From Eledone cirrhosa (lineage: Eukaryota): a DNA stretch of 64,000 bases. The stretch covers positions 208,878,001 through 208,942,000 of the forward strand of contig OZ024740.1 in assembly GCA_964016885.1 (NCBI GenBank). Reading direction: 5' to 3'. Shown one piece after another: positions 26,501-37,489 of the stretch. The notes beneath the pieces are model-generated. The model was not told the DNA's origin, ran no database searches, and saw only the letters and a list, made by a program, of their open reading frames with translations. The position numbers and the translations under genes are program-made. The number at the start of each line of letters is the position of its first letter. Position 1 is the first letter of the stretch.

Positions 26501-29500
26501 ATAAAAACTGACTCAACTTGGGCAACCCTTGGGTCCATTTTCCACGTATAGAAAATGGGTGTGAAATGTTCATGATGATAAAAATATAAAAATTCAACCT
26601 TTTTAGTGAATTTTTTTTTCAATTATGATGTAAATGAGATGTAAATTTTGTCAGTAATCAATTATAGTCTTATGAATAGCCATTGTTCTATAATCTCACA
26701 TTTAACCTGTCTGGTGGTCATTAATAGGTCGATAAAATAAAGTACCAGTAATGAACTGGGTAATTGCTGGCCTTGTGCCTAAAATAGAAACAATTAATGT
26801 GTAGACTTGCAATATAAATTGCATAGATTCTCTTTATATAACAAGATCTAAAATATTATAACTGATATTTACTGCTGATGACAGAGATGGCTTTGATGAT
26901 TTATAACTGATATTTACTGCTGATGGCTGAGAGGGCTTTAATGATTTATTTACTGCTGACAGAGATAGGTTTCTCTCCAGCTCAGTAAGTAGATCAGACA
27001 AAATTGAAAGCTGGCTGGGTAATTGAAATAATTGCAGAAGCAAAATATCAACAGAAATACAACATTGATTTTATTAATTAATGTATTTTCAAAATATTCT
27101 AAACCTCTGCTATAAACTGCTTCACTTCTTACAATGTTTCTGCTATTATCTAGATCAGGGCTTGGCAGCAGACTATGCCTGCAGGTCAAATCCTGTCTGC
27201 AGCTTCATTTCATTCAGCTTACAGGCGTTATTGAATATGACATTGCATGCAAACATTCTTTATTTTCCTTATCAATCTTTGGTTAACACAATCTTTGTAT
27301 TATTTTCACTGTTCTAATTTATTTGTATGTTTTATCTTGTGTTGAATTTCTGAGCCTGCTGTGTGTGACTTAGCAAAAGAAGTATTGTTGTTAATGGAAT
27401 TAAACAATGTTATAGAATTAAGAAAAGCCTACTCTATTGCTTATTCTTTAATCACCAATGTAAAATATTTTAATGAAAAAAATCAATGTAATTAAAAACA
27501 GTGAGTGGCTTCCATAGACTTGTTTGATCATGGTTTCATTTTGTTTTTTTATTTTCTTCTTGGCTTACAAAGCATAAACACATTTCCAGTTTGGCTTGCC
27601 TTTTCCCGCTTTAGATGATTGAGAGTAGAAAGAAATTAGGTTTTTTTATTTTTTTTATGATATTACTGCATTAAATTTCTCTGGTTCTAATTCTGGCCCC
27701 TTTTGTTTTTGTTTTTAAAGCACAGTTTTCATGCCATACCTGCAGAACTCCTACGATGCTGTCACTCAGGTATTAGCCTATCCTTTAGCTCATGTACGTA
27801 AAGCTGTTGTCACAACTCTTGCACAGTTTTGTGTCAGTCTTCATCAAGTTTATCAAAAGACAAATGATATGGAATCACGAGATGGTAAGTTACAGATTTT
27901 AGACTGTATTTGGTCAATTATCTTTATTGCTGTTTTAAAGTCCATTATTTCATACTGATACAAAATGGATACATCAACAGTAGACCCTATGGTCATTCTT
28001 CAAGTCGTGTATCATTATCCTCGTGTTTCTCATCCATAAATCTAACTTTACCACTTGTTTTTTCTGTTGGACTTACTTTCCATTATCAGCATGCAGCAAT
28101 GTTTCACTTATGTGGTGTCCTTGTGTTAAATATTTTTACTGCCACAGCTGTTTCTCCTGCATACACACAACACTAGCTGACACTTTATCTGTCAAGCTGC
28201 CTTTCCATCTTTAATTTACTCTGTGGATAGACTTGGCTTCACAATCATGAAGTTATATTTTCGATTTCTGAACTGGACTGTTGTGTCCTGAGCAAGACAT
28301 TTGATTTCACGTTGCCCCAGTTCACTCAGCTGTAGAAATGAGTTGCGACGTCACTGGTGCTGTATCAGCCTTTGCCTTTCTCTTGGATAACATTGATAAT
28401 GTGGAGAGAGGAGACTGGCCACAAACCTTGCCCAGACTTGTGCCTCTTAGGGGAACTTTCTAAGTGCAAAACCCATGGTCATTCATGACCAAAGGGAGTC
28501 TGTACCTTTCTAACTACAAAGTTAACAATACTATACTTGTGGCATCTGTTAATTCATCTGGTTCAATTTGCTGGTATTCATTTGTCTCAACCATGCTCGC
28601 AATCTTGATCCCACAGAGCAACAAGGGACATCAGAAGAGCAACATTCTATATCTATACAGAGTTAATCAATGAGGGATTTTGTTGGATAGCCAACTCATG
28701 TTATGTTGTCCATAGGAGTATATCACTAATAAGGGTTCTTGTTTAACTCTCCAGCAATATCCTGCAAGATGCAAACATATCTCTCTCTCAGTGATTGCAA
28801 AAGATTACTATACATTTTAATTTTTTTTTACATTCTGAAGTGGGATATCAGTCTTAATTTCTTTTAATTTAATTATTTTATTTATTTATTCCAGTATTAG
28901 TTGGTATGATCAAAATGGTAGTGCCAATGCTTTTAGAACGTATCAAAGAAGATAATGATCGTATGACTGTGACAGCTGCTGTGGACTCATTGGTTGAACT
29001 ACTTAACAAGATAGGTTCACCATTTATGTGTGAAGATGGTATGATTGATTCCATTTTGACCAGAGCCCGAGAAGTTTTTTCCCATCAGGTCAGTATCCGA
29101 AAAGATTTTTTTTTTCAAATATCCATTAGTAAATTTATTTAGAATCCGATACTTTTTGTATCTCTACACTTCATACAGAATGCTCCCCTCAAACATTTTC
29201 GCCTCTACCTTTGGACACATATAATCAGCATATACCATATTGGACGCATAAAAAACAAAATATCAGAAAATCTTCCGTGTCCAATACACCCGTATCACCG
29301 ATGGGAGGCCAAACGGAGGGTGAGGACAATCATGGTTTAAAAAATTTAGTTTGTATTCCTATTAGTATTAGTTCAGTAACACAATGCAATTTATATAAGG
29401 AAATTGATGTCGAATTTATGAGTTTCTAAGAAAATGAAATAATTTATGATGAAATGTGTTAAAATGTTTTTTCTCAATGTCCTTGTAAAACCAGGAGGCA

Positions 29501-31279
29501 TTTTATATGAAGGGGCATCCAATACACTGACAAATACAGTAATTCGACCAAAACATGCTTTTTGCTTTCACTAAGTTGACATAAAAACAAGGTCCACTCC
29601 CACTGCATTGTTTAAAAATAGCAACTGTAATTTCAAGTTTCCCAATGCTTCATAAGTCAACCAAACTTGTTTATAATTTTGTTATTCTTGCATTTTAACT
29701 TTCCCTAGACCACTTGTCAAGATGAAAATGATGATGATGATGATGGTGAAGAAGAAGATCAAGAGGCTGAATATGACGCATTTCTGGTAGAGTCTGCAGG
29801 AGAAATATTGCCTGCTACAGCTAAATTGATTGGTGGGAAAGCCTTTATGCCATATTTTGAGTCTTTCATACCAGATCTACTGAAGAAATTGGTAAGATAT
29901 TTTGAAAAAAATTGCATGTTGTTAATCTGGTCAGTTCTGATCCAACAAACATTATTAAAAGACAGTTCTTTCGTTAGTAGAGTTGTTTGAGTAGGACAAA
30001 ATACCTTGGTATATTTGTTTCAGCTTTCTGTTTGAATTCAAACCCCTCCTGAGGTCAGCTGTATCTTTCAGTCTTTTGGAATTGTTAAAATAAAATATGA
30101 ATCCAACCCTTTAACATTTAGATTACTCTCTATTTACTATTGCATTTTCACAGTAAACATTTTATTTCACATAATTATCTTGTATAATATCGAATCTGAG
30201 ATTTTGATATTACTTATTTTGAGAACAATACCTTAACATCAGTATGAGCAGCTGCTTTGAACAGAAAGAGGGGAGAGAATTCTGGCCGGATTAAATGCTA
30301 AAGGGTTAATGGAATTGTTAGCATTGGATGAGATGCCTTGCAGTATTTGTTCCAACTCTTTGAATTTTCACTTTTAATCTTGCTGTGGCCTACTTGGCTG
30401 ATAGACATAATGCATCACCTGGTCCAACACCACCTGGCCCTTGGGTATCTTTAGCAGTGTCCTCTCAGTTATAAGCATTCAGGTCAGTTTCAACACCACC
30501 ACCTGGCCCTCAGGTAAATTTAGCAATGTCCACTCTGTTGTAAGCATTCAGGCCAGGTCTCCAGTTTGTGATTACCTTCCTTCCATCCTTCCACCAGTCT
30601 CTGACTCCAAAAAGGGTTATGGGCTCTGCCCTACCCTCCTTCACTAAACAAACAAAAGGCTTTTGGAGCAGGTTTTCAACATCTGGATAAATTTCCTGAG
30701 GCACACCTATATTATACTCTGTAAACTGCTATAGCGCAGGACGTTTTATTTATGGGGGACATAAACAGATGTCACTGCTGGTTTTTATGAATAGTGTCAA
30801 TATGATGCTTGTAGTCACTGGCATACACAGATACATGTACACAAACACACACACACACAGCAGACTTCCTTACATTTTCCACCTACTAATTTAATTTGTT
30901 AAACATTAGTGGAACTTGGACTACAAGTGAAGACACTTCCTCAATGTGCCAATAATTAGAAAAAAAAATCTTTAGGTTCATTTTTCCATATAATTAATCA
31001 TCATAATATATAGTTGTGAAAAGCACATGGCCAGATCATAAGGTTATGTGTTCGATTCCTGGACCAAGCAGCACGTGTTGTTGAAGACACTTCATTTTAC
31101 ATTGCTTTTCATTGTATTATTAAAACACCAAGAAACCTCTTATGAAATGCAACCTCATAAGAGGCTAGCTAAACTAGTATAGGTGTGAGCTGTAACTTTC
31201 ATTTTTAGTTTTTTAATACACATCTGATAGAATCCACTTTTTTAATTTTGTTGTTTTAAAAAGATTTTATATATATATA

Positions 31280-31313
<34 letters not shown>

Positions 31314-34300
31314 TCATTCTAGAAGAGTCACAACTCTATTGCTGACCGATCTTTTGCCATTGGTACACTTGCTGAAACTCTTGAAGCTTGTGGGGAGGCA
31401 TCTGCTTGCCTAACGACTCAATTTTACCCAATTTTTATGAAAATCACCCGAGATCCTGATAGTGAGGTGCGAAATAATGCTGTGTTTGCTCTGGGCATCA
31501 TTATTTCAAATGGTGGAAGTGCTCTTCAAAAGTATCCTTTCTTTGTTGTTTTTGCTATTTTATTCACTCTTCATCATTGTCTTTAAGTCTGTTTTATTAT
31601 ACTGGCATGGGTTGGATGAGACTATTTTGAGGCAGAATTCTACAGCCCAATACCCTTCCTGATTGCAACCCTTATTTCAGTAGCAGGACCTCCGTTTATG
31701 CAGAATGTAAACAAATACCAACACCTATGTTGAATGCTAAAAGATACAAACATACTCTCTCACACACACATACAACAGACTTCTCTGTAGGTTGTCTACC
31801 AAATTCACTCACAAGTTATTGGTAAGCCTCAGTCTATAATGGACATTCACCCAACATGCCACATTGTAAGATAGAACTCAATGCCACTCAAATTTACTTA
31901 TTTATTAATGTTCCCTTCTGTTAATCCCTTAATATTATACTAGTCTGTTGGCTTATTGTTTAGAAGTTCATATCTCACGCCAAGTTTTTTAGGTTTCTTG
32001 TAGATGTTCTTATATTTTCATCAGTTGCTGTTTGACCCAGTTGAGCTCTTGAACAAACCCATCATTAAAAACATGTCATAGTCCACCTAGTAAGGTGCTC
32101 ATGCTGGTGACATGACAAAAAGCATTCAGTCCACCCAGTAAGGTGATTGTACTGGTGACATGACAAAAAACGTTCAGTCCACTCTGTCCAAGACATGCAG
32201 TATGTTACTCTAGAGCTCCTGTGACTTCATCATGAGTTACAGGTCCATACATACATATGTATATTTTCTCTTTCCTTAATGAGTAAACCAGTGATTTGCT
32301 GACTATATTGAAGGAGCTATTTGCTCTTCTTCAAAATGAGAACTGTAATTTGGTAAAGGACAACATTTGTGGTACAGTTTGTCGAATTATTAATCAGAAA
32401 CCTGATGGATTACCTCTTGAACAGGTGAGATGAGATTTTTTTTTTTTTTTAATACATACTATCATTATCATCATTGTATGTTGACTTTTCCATGCTGGCA
32501 TAGGTTGGATCAGACCTTTTAAGGCAGTGTTTTACAGCTGGATGTCCTGACTAACCCCAACAATTTGAGTTGCTTCTTACAAGCAGAGATACAGTGAATA
32601 TATTCTAAACCAGATGCACAAATTGTTTATATTAAGATACTCTTAGCGAGTCTACATTTATCATATGGAGGTAGGAGGGGGCAGCTGGGGAGTGGAAAGC
32701 GTTGGTTTTGGGTGGGTGGGTTTATGGTGCACGAGGAAGTGGTTGGCATATGGTGTCAAGCATGCCTACCGGAAGGTGGTGGAGGTGGGGCAGGAGGGTG
32801 GGAAATGGCGATTATATACCTCTACATACATATATATCTACTGAACCTCACTGAGAAGATGACAAAGGACTACAACAAATGGAGAGATGCTGTGCTGAAG
32901 GGGACCCGTCCCACCCTGGCAAGCAGGGAAAAGCTGATGATTATGGTGTGTTTTACACAGTTAACTCTATATATTCTAATGTATGTTGCCTTACATAGTA
33001 TATAATACATGTTTTATATCTTAAAAAGTGGATATAATCTGACATGTTGATTTGTATACTATAAACTGTATATATTTATTATATCAGACAAGCCAGCCTC
33101 TTAAATGCTGGTGTCACAATAAAATGTATTTAGTAGAGCATGAGATTGTCTGTGAGAGGAAGGCCTTGGCTCACCTGAGAAGTCAGTAACACTGTTTAAG
33201 TGATATGGTTTGTAACAGCATATTGAACCCTTGGTAGCGAGGAAAACAGACATTAAATTATGTGTGTGTGTGTGTGTGTACTAAGTGGAAGGACAAGTGT
33301 GATTAAAACAGAAACTCATCATTTAACATATATTTACCCTCATATATCGATATACGGTGGGAGTGTCCATCACGTGTGTGTGTGTGTGTATATATATATA
33401 TAATACAAAATGAAAACCAAGGTTGTTCAAATACCATCTTTAATTTCAACAATTGTTACTATGGTGTTAAATGCAGTGCCAGTACATAGAATTAATCAAT
33501 TAATCAGTCAAACAATTAATAATTAAGATGGCACTCTAGCAAAAATCCCTATATATATACACACACGCACATTCACTCACATGTTTACATGCAGTTTCTG
33601 TCTACCAAATCCACCCACAATGTATTGGTCAGACCCAGGGCTTTAGTAAAAGACAGTTGCCCTAAATGCCAAATAGTTGGATTGAAATCAACATCAATAG
33701 GTTCCTATGTGAACTTCTTAGCCTCACAGCCATATCTGTGTCAGTTATAAACATTTCATATTCATTATGATTCAGTAAGAATTATCTGTGAGAGATTTGT
33801 CTGTGTCTTATGATCTGTTGATTTTGTATCACACTTGCCATAAATTCTATCTTACAACCTCATGATTATTGACACGGGTCACATTTCAATAATTGTCAGT
33901 GCTAAGTAGGAAAGGTTATTGAGTATTTCATGAGATATTGATGTTGCAGAATTTGAATTTGAAAAAATAATCTAATTGCATTTATCTTCATATCTTCCCG
34001 TATGTTTCATTTTCAGGTGTTACCTGTGATTATTCAATGTTTGCCTTTAAAAGAAGATTTTGAAGAGAATAGCACTGTTTTCCAAAGTCTGCTTTCATTG
34101 TTTGCTCAAGGACACCCACAGGTATAGTTACTGTTTTATGTCAGCAGTATCATCATTGCCATCGGTTTTTATGTCCACTTTTCTATGCTTGGATGGGATA
34201 TAAGGCAGTTTTTCTAGTCGTGTACCCTTCCTGACACCAATGTGCACATACATATATATTCTTTTTTCTAATTGCATCCACTTTACCATATTGGCATTGA

Positions 34301-37300
34301 TTAGACAGAATGTTTTGTGACTGTTTTACAGCCTGGTACTGTAACCAATCTTTTTAGCTGCCTTTTACTGCACACAAGGATATCATGTGCCTATTCTAAA
34401 ACCATGACAAACTTTGAGAAACTTTTAAAAAGAGTACCTTTTTCTTTTTAACAAAGTCTCTTTTGATATTTGTTCTGCCCCAAGTTACACACACTCCCAT
34501 ATTCTCTCTTTATCAAAAATACAGTAGTCTAGTGATTAGCGCTTTGAAAACCTATAACCAATGATGCTGTTGTTCATCAATAGTGATATAAAATAAAGTA
34601 TGGAGAGGTAAAACAAATTTTATTCCAGCTGGATGTTAAGTTAGAAGAACAAGGTTTTGTTTTTGTTCTCTATTTGTGTGAATAATTGTTTGTACTTTTG
34701 GCACAAGGCCTGCAATTTAAGGGAAGGAGGGAACTCAACTAAATCATCTCCAGTATGTTACTGGTACTTTATTTTATTGACACCATAACGATGAAAGGCG
34801 AGGCTAACTTCAGCGGGATTTGAACTCAGAATGTAATGGGTTGTAACTATATACCACAAAGCATGTTATCCAATGTGCCACCAATCCACTACCCTTGTTT
34901 TTACAACTTGGCACAAGGCCAGCAATGTGAAGAGAAGGGGAAAAATTGGTTAAATCAATCCCAGTGCGTTACTGGTATTTCATGATATCAACCCCATAAG
35001 GATGAAAAGCAAAGCTAACCTCAGCGAGATTTGAATTCAGAATGTAAAGGGTCAAAACTATGTGAAAAATAATTTTTTCTACATTTGACACAAGACCAGC
35101 AATTTGATGGAAAGAGAGAAAGGGGATAAAATCAACTCAAGTGCATTACTGTTACTTTATTTTATTGACTCTGTAAGGATGAAAGGTAAAGTTAACCTCA
35201 GCGGGATTTGAACTTAAAGCTGTAGCTATATGTGAATAATATATAATTGTTTCTACTTTAGGCACAAGGCCAGCAATTACCCAGTACATTACTGGTACTT
35301 TATTTTATCGAACCCGTAAGGATGAAAGGCAAAGTCAACCTCGGCGGGATTTGAACTCAGATCGTAAAGGGACGTAACTATGCTGGAAAGCATGGCGTCC
35401 GACCCTCTGCCGATACTGCCAATCCACCGCCCTAATAATATATAATAGAATCTAATTTGTGTTGGTTATATTCCTTTCTCTAGAGATTTAACTTAATTTG
35501 TTTATAATCATGTCTCGGGAGCTGCATTATGTCCATTTTAAATGGCCAAGCTCCCTTATTTATTTTTTAAATATGCTACTGATTTTCATTGATCTGCTAA
35601 GTCGTTGGTTGTATGATTTCTAAGGGATGTAAACAAATGTCCCCATATGCATTCAGTGATGTTGGTATGAAGACACAAAGAGAGACAGACATGCACATCT
35701 GCTAAATCCACCTCAATTGACATACTTTCTTACTCCTTTTCTCTCTCACATCACACCGTAAATCCCACCACAATTATGTCATAACACCATACCTGTCATC
35801 CTCCCTTCCCACCTACCTAGTCTCGCTTATCTTCCTCACATGTTATAGAGTAGAGGGCTCTTCAGTTTTGTCAATGACTGAGAACCTCCCTGGCGTTAGT
35901 GCCATGAAAAATGTTGGCATTAGAGAGGTCATCCAACCATAGAAAACTTGTCGAACAAGGGGTTGAGAAAATTTTTCAGTCGTGTCAAGGGCACAATAAC
36001 TTCTAATGCCTGTACCACAACAGAACACACCCAGTGCACTCTGTAAAATGTGGAAATGTATGTAGGCAACGTGCAGCCCCTGATCAGAGAAGTCAGTGGC
36101 ATTGATTAGGTACTGATTTAGTTTGTGATACAATGGGTTGCTCTAGTTTCTATCTACTAAATTAACTCATGACTGTGCAATGGGAACAACCTTGAAACCT
36201 TATGACTGTAAATCAAACTTGTTAACTACACAGCCTTGCCTTCCCTAATGTGTTTCATTGTGATTTACATGTTTAACATGCTGTTTATATAAATATGTTT
36301 AACTAATTTAAAATATCTACTATTTAATTTGCAGTTAATTATAATGTTGCCAGATTTGTTGAAAGTTATAGCAGAAGTACTTGGAACCACACAGATCAAT
36401 AAAGGTAAGTGTATTTAATATCTTTTTGTTTTCCCACCTATTTCTTCATTTTTTAGTGTCTTATATAGTGTTAACTCTTAACATTATAATCATCGTTTAA
36501 CGTCCATTTTCCATGCTAGCATGTTAAATAATTCCACACTGCTTCAGTGAAAAAATTTAAACCTCACAAAATAGCATGAGGTGCCAAAGGATCCCAGTGG
36601 AAGGACGTAATAGGTGATAACCAAGAAAATCCTGGGTTGAAGTGATGATGCTTCCGTTCATTTTAAAAGAAGTAAAGAGCTAAGGGAGAAAACTCTAAAT
36701 GATTAATCTATTGAATTAATAGCTAAGATTATATAACTTTTGGAGATGTTTGTGATGTATTAACTCTGTTACTTAAGTTAACATATATAACGTATTGACT
36801 CTGTCTGTTAGCATACGCAACATTTAAATATTTTTTGTATGTACGTTTTTAATATATAATGGAACAAACATCCATATGTAACTGAAAAAATAATATACTG
36901 GTAATTGTCACAATGATTTGTTAATTAGTAAAGATACTACAAACATTTGAATAAACACCTGTTTTAGACATCTTTTGGTTCCTATTTAGATAATCTTCCA
37001 GCATAATTTGTTAAGAGAGCCTTTTGACCATCTTAATAATGAAATAATTGTTTATAAATGACACAGGATCAAGACTTCTAGTGCCATGCTGTACTGCAGA
37101 AGACCCCATGTGCACAAAGTGAAACGAAACAAACATGCAGGGGATACACTAGCCTGCAGCAATCCTTTGCACACCCCTACCTCAATATCCTACACACCTA
37201 ATTGATGTTGAACTCCCTCACCTGCATGGGAAATGGACATTAAATGGTGGTGATGATAAATCCCTCCAAATTTTTCATTAATTCAAATACAATGTAGTTC

Positions 37301-37489
37301 ATTAGAAATATGGAAATATAATCGCTAAAATCTAAATCATTTTCTTTTTTTTTTCTAGAAACTGAATCATTGCTGGTCCAATTTGTCAAAAATGTCCACT
37401 CTTCTTATCCTGATGCTTTAGAGAAAGCCAAGTTGACCATCTCAGCTGAACTGGGAGCCAAACTAAATACCTGTGGCCTGATGACCTGA
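878..37489 (+). CDS. IPO4: Importin-4 (karyopherin-beta/HEAT repeat), 5'-incomplete; 22 coding exons, 2664 nt including stop
   Basis: All exons are bounded by AG/GT and intron phases are consistent. Recognisable importin-4 segments: [100 protein letters not shown] at 37487-37489. Confidence 0.93.
1539..1640 (+). CDS. IPO4: IPO4 exon ([18 protein letters not shown]...LCLE)
   Basis: ttctag|...|gtgaga, 102 nt. Confidence 0.9.
1770..2102 (+). mobile_element. Two adjacent tRNA-derived SINEs (family A)
   Basis: B-box GAGTTCAAATCC followed by the recurring core GAGGTYRACTTTGCCTTTCATCCTT...GATAAAATAAAGTACCAG. Confidence 0.8.
2845..2928 (+). CDS. IPO4: IPO4 exon ([16 protein letters not shown]...LKKK)
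   Basis: ttatag|...|gtaaga, 84 nt. Confidence 0.88.
5466..5603 (+). CDS. IPO4: IPO4 exon (AILKKNF...acidic loop...TPTRYAAQ)
   Basis: tttcag|...|gtttgt, 138 nt. Confidence 0.9.
5895..6241 (+). mobile_element. tRNA-headed SINE with CORE-like domain and (GAT)n tail (family B)
   Basis: A-box TGGCTTAGTGG, B-box GAGTTCAATTC, CCTTGAGCAAGACACTT core and (GAT)n tail; close copy at 10614-10877. Confidence 0.8.
6708..7373 (-). mobile_element. Non-autonomous Helitron copy 1 (contains a SINE)
   Basis: Homologous to 9528-10015 and 25166-25661; 3' hairpin plus CTAG; A^T insertion without TSD. Confidence 0.8.
7099..7276 (+). mobile_element. Young family A SINE with 13-bp TSD
   Basis: ATTATTTATTCAA at 7086-7098 and 7277-7289; present once in the uninterrupted Helitron copy. 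Confidence 0.85.
9528..10015 (-). mobile_element. Non-autonomous Helitron copy 2
   Basis: Minus strand A|TCTAAACTATAAT...CCACCCGAAGAGTGG-TTTTTCTGCTAG|T. Confidence 0.82.
10044..10097 (+). CDS. IPO4: IPO4 exon ([18 protein letters not shown])
   Basis: cttcag|...|gtaagt, 54 nt. Confidence 0.92.
10498..10607 (+). CDS. IPO4: IPO4 exon ([10 protein letters not shown]...[10 protein letters not shown])
   Basis: tttcag|...|gtaagt, 110 nt, ends phase 2. Confidence 0.92.
10614..10877 (+). mobile_element. 5'-truncated family B SINE a few nt from the exon donor
   Basis: High identity to 5927-6215. Confidence 0.78.
10985..11174. mobile_element. Tc1/mariner-superfamily MITE
   Basis: TA|CTGTATATACTTGAATACAAG...CTTATATTTGAGTATATACGG|TA. 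Confidence 0.75.
12012..12120 (+). CDS. IPO4: IPO4 exon ([12 protein letters not shown]...FAEYLQ)
   Basis: ttttag|...|gtaaga, 109 nt. Confidence 0.92.
12837..13032. mobile_element. hAT-like MITE
   Basis: Imperfect TIRs AATGGTTTCCCAAC / GTTGGGAAACATTG. Confidence 0.6.
13838..13976 (+). CDS. IPO4: IPO4 exon ([15 protein letters not shown]...[11 protein letters not shown])
   Basis: ttaaag|...|gtaagg, 139 nt. Confidence 0.9.
14936..15049 (+). CDS. IPO4: IPO4 exon ([11 protein letters not shown]...[11 protein letters not shown])
   Basis: ttcaag|...|gtgagt, 114 nt. Confidence 0.9.
15568..15870 (+). repeat. ~48-bp minisatellite (about 6 units) within a (GAT)n-tailed element
   Basis: Unit GTGTCATGACTAAAAGCACCCAACCCACACTGTAAGGTGGTCATGTAG; related arrays at about 24325-24480 and 32075-32190. 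Confidence 0.85.
16803..17203 (+). mobile_element. Non-autonomous Helitron A
   Basis: A|TCTATCTCCTTATAATATATAA start; hairpin plus CTAG at 17200-17203; internal duplications. Confidence 0.72.
17204..17659 (+). mobile_element. Non-autonomous Helitron B
   Basis: TCTACCAATATATAAT start; GACGGCACGGGGCCAGCTAG|T end. Confidence 0.7.
18057..18170 (+). CDS. IPO4: IPO4 exon ([11 protein letters not shown]...LHVQAI)
   Basis: ctctag|...|gtatgt, 114 nt. Confidence 0.9.
18307..18390. mobile_element. Mariner terminal fragment
   Basis: TATGAGGGTCGACTGAAAAGT...TTTTCAACATAGTCCC, homologous to 53824-53910. Confidence 0.65.
19447..19570 (+). CDS. IPO4: IPO4 exon (TLAVLARNI...DDPDLRRC)
   Basis: ttctag|...|gtaagt, 124 nt. 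Confidence 0.92.
20449..20560 (+). CDS. IPO4: IPO4 exon (YGLFASMS...SVKSSEGVQ)
   Basis: cattag|...|gtaagt, 112 nt. Confidence 0.92.
20670..20795 (+). other. Long intronic inverted repeat / hairpin
   Basis: Arms 20670-20730 and 20738-20795; 7-nt loop. Confidence 0.85.
20978..23525. repeat. (TC)n followed by a ~2.4-kb (TA)n/(TATC) compound microsatellite
   Basis: Directly visible. Confidence 0.97.
24112..24242 (+). CDS. IPO4: IPO4 exon (acidic loop LQYKEDVDD...EEDEEKLY)
   Basis: atatag|...|gtatgt, 131 nt; phase 2 matches the next exon. Confidence 0.85.
25166..25661 (+). mobile_element. Non-autonomous Helitron copy 3
   Basis: A|TCTTAGCTATAA...CTAGCAGAAAACCACCAGTTGGGTGGTTTTCTGCTAG|T. Confidence 0.82.
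26135..26212 (+). CDS. IPO4: IPO4 exon ([25 protein letters not shown])
   Basis: atctag|...|gtaagt, 78 nt. Confidence 0.92.
27156..27380 (+). mobile_element. hAT-like non-autonomous element fragment
   Basis: CAGGGCTTGGCA-type start; body homologous to 2160-2305. Confidence 0.5.
27721..27884 (+). CDS. IPO4: IPO4 exon (TVFMPYLQ...[12 protein letters not shown]...ESRD)
   Basis: ttaaag|...|gtaagt, 164 nt. Confidence 0.9.
28895..29088 (+). CDS. IPO4: IPO4 exon ([10 protein letters not shown]...REVFSHQ)
   Basis: ttccag|...|gtcagt, 194 nt. Confidence 0.9.
29709..29891 (+). CDS. IPO4: IPO4 exon (TTCQD...[16 protein letters not shown]...LLKKL)
   Basis: ccctag|...|gtaaga, 183 nt. Confidence 0.92.
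30107..30305. mobile_element. piggyBac-like MITE
   Basis: CCCTTTAACATTTA...TAAATGCTAAAGGG|TTAA; close copy at 46537-46723; inverted relative near 4002-4218. Confidence 0.7.
31323..31531 (+). CDS. IPO4: IPO4 exon ([18 protein letters not shown]...[11 protein letters not shown]...ALQ)
   Basis: ttctag|...|gtatccttt, 209 nt. Confidence 0.92.
31532..32291 (+). other. U12-type (minor spliceosome) GT-AG intron
   Basis: 5' splice site GTATCCTTT; branch site TTTCCTTAAT at 32271-32280, 11 nt from the CAG end; no polypyrimidine tract between them; phase 2 restores the frame. Confidence 0.88.
32292..32424 (+). CDS. IPO4: IPO4 exon ([10 protein letters not shown]...[11 protein letters not shown]...LEQ)
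   Basis: aaccag|...|gtgaga, 133 nt. Confidence 0.9.
34017..34121 (+). CDS. IPO4: IPO4 exon ([18 protein letters not shown]...HPQ)
   Basis: tttcag|...|gtatag, 105 nt. Confidence 0.92.
34690..35225 (-). mobile_element. Three head-to-tail family A SINE units
   Basis: Repeated GGCACAAGGCCAGCAAT...GGATGAAAGG...GGGATTTGAACTCAGA. Confidence 0.78.
35248..35433 (-). mobile_element. Full-length young family A SINE with 13-bp TSD
   Basis: AATAATATATAAT at 35235-35247 and 35434-35446; near-identical to 7099-7276. Confidence 0.88.
36335..36404 (+). CDS. IPO4: IPO4 exon ([23 protein letters not shown])
   Basis: ttgcag|...|gtaagt, 70 nt. Confidence 0.88.
37359..37489 (+). CDS. IPO4: IPO4 terminal coding exon (TESLLVQFV...CGLMT*)
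   Basis: ttctag| then 131 nt to an in-frame TGA. Confidence 0.88.
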
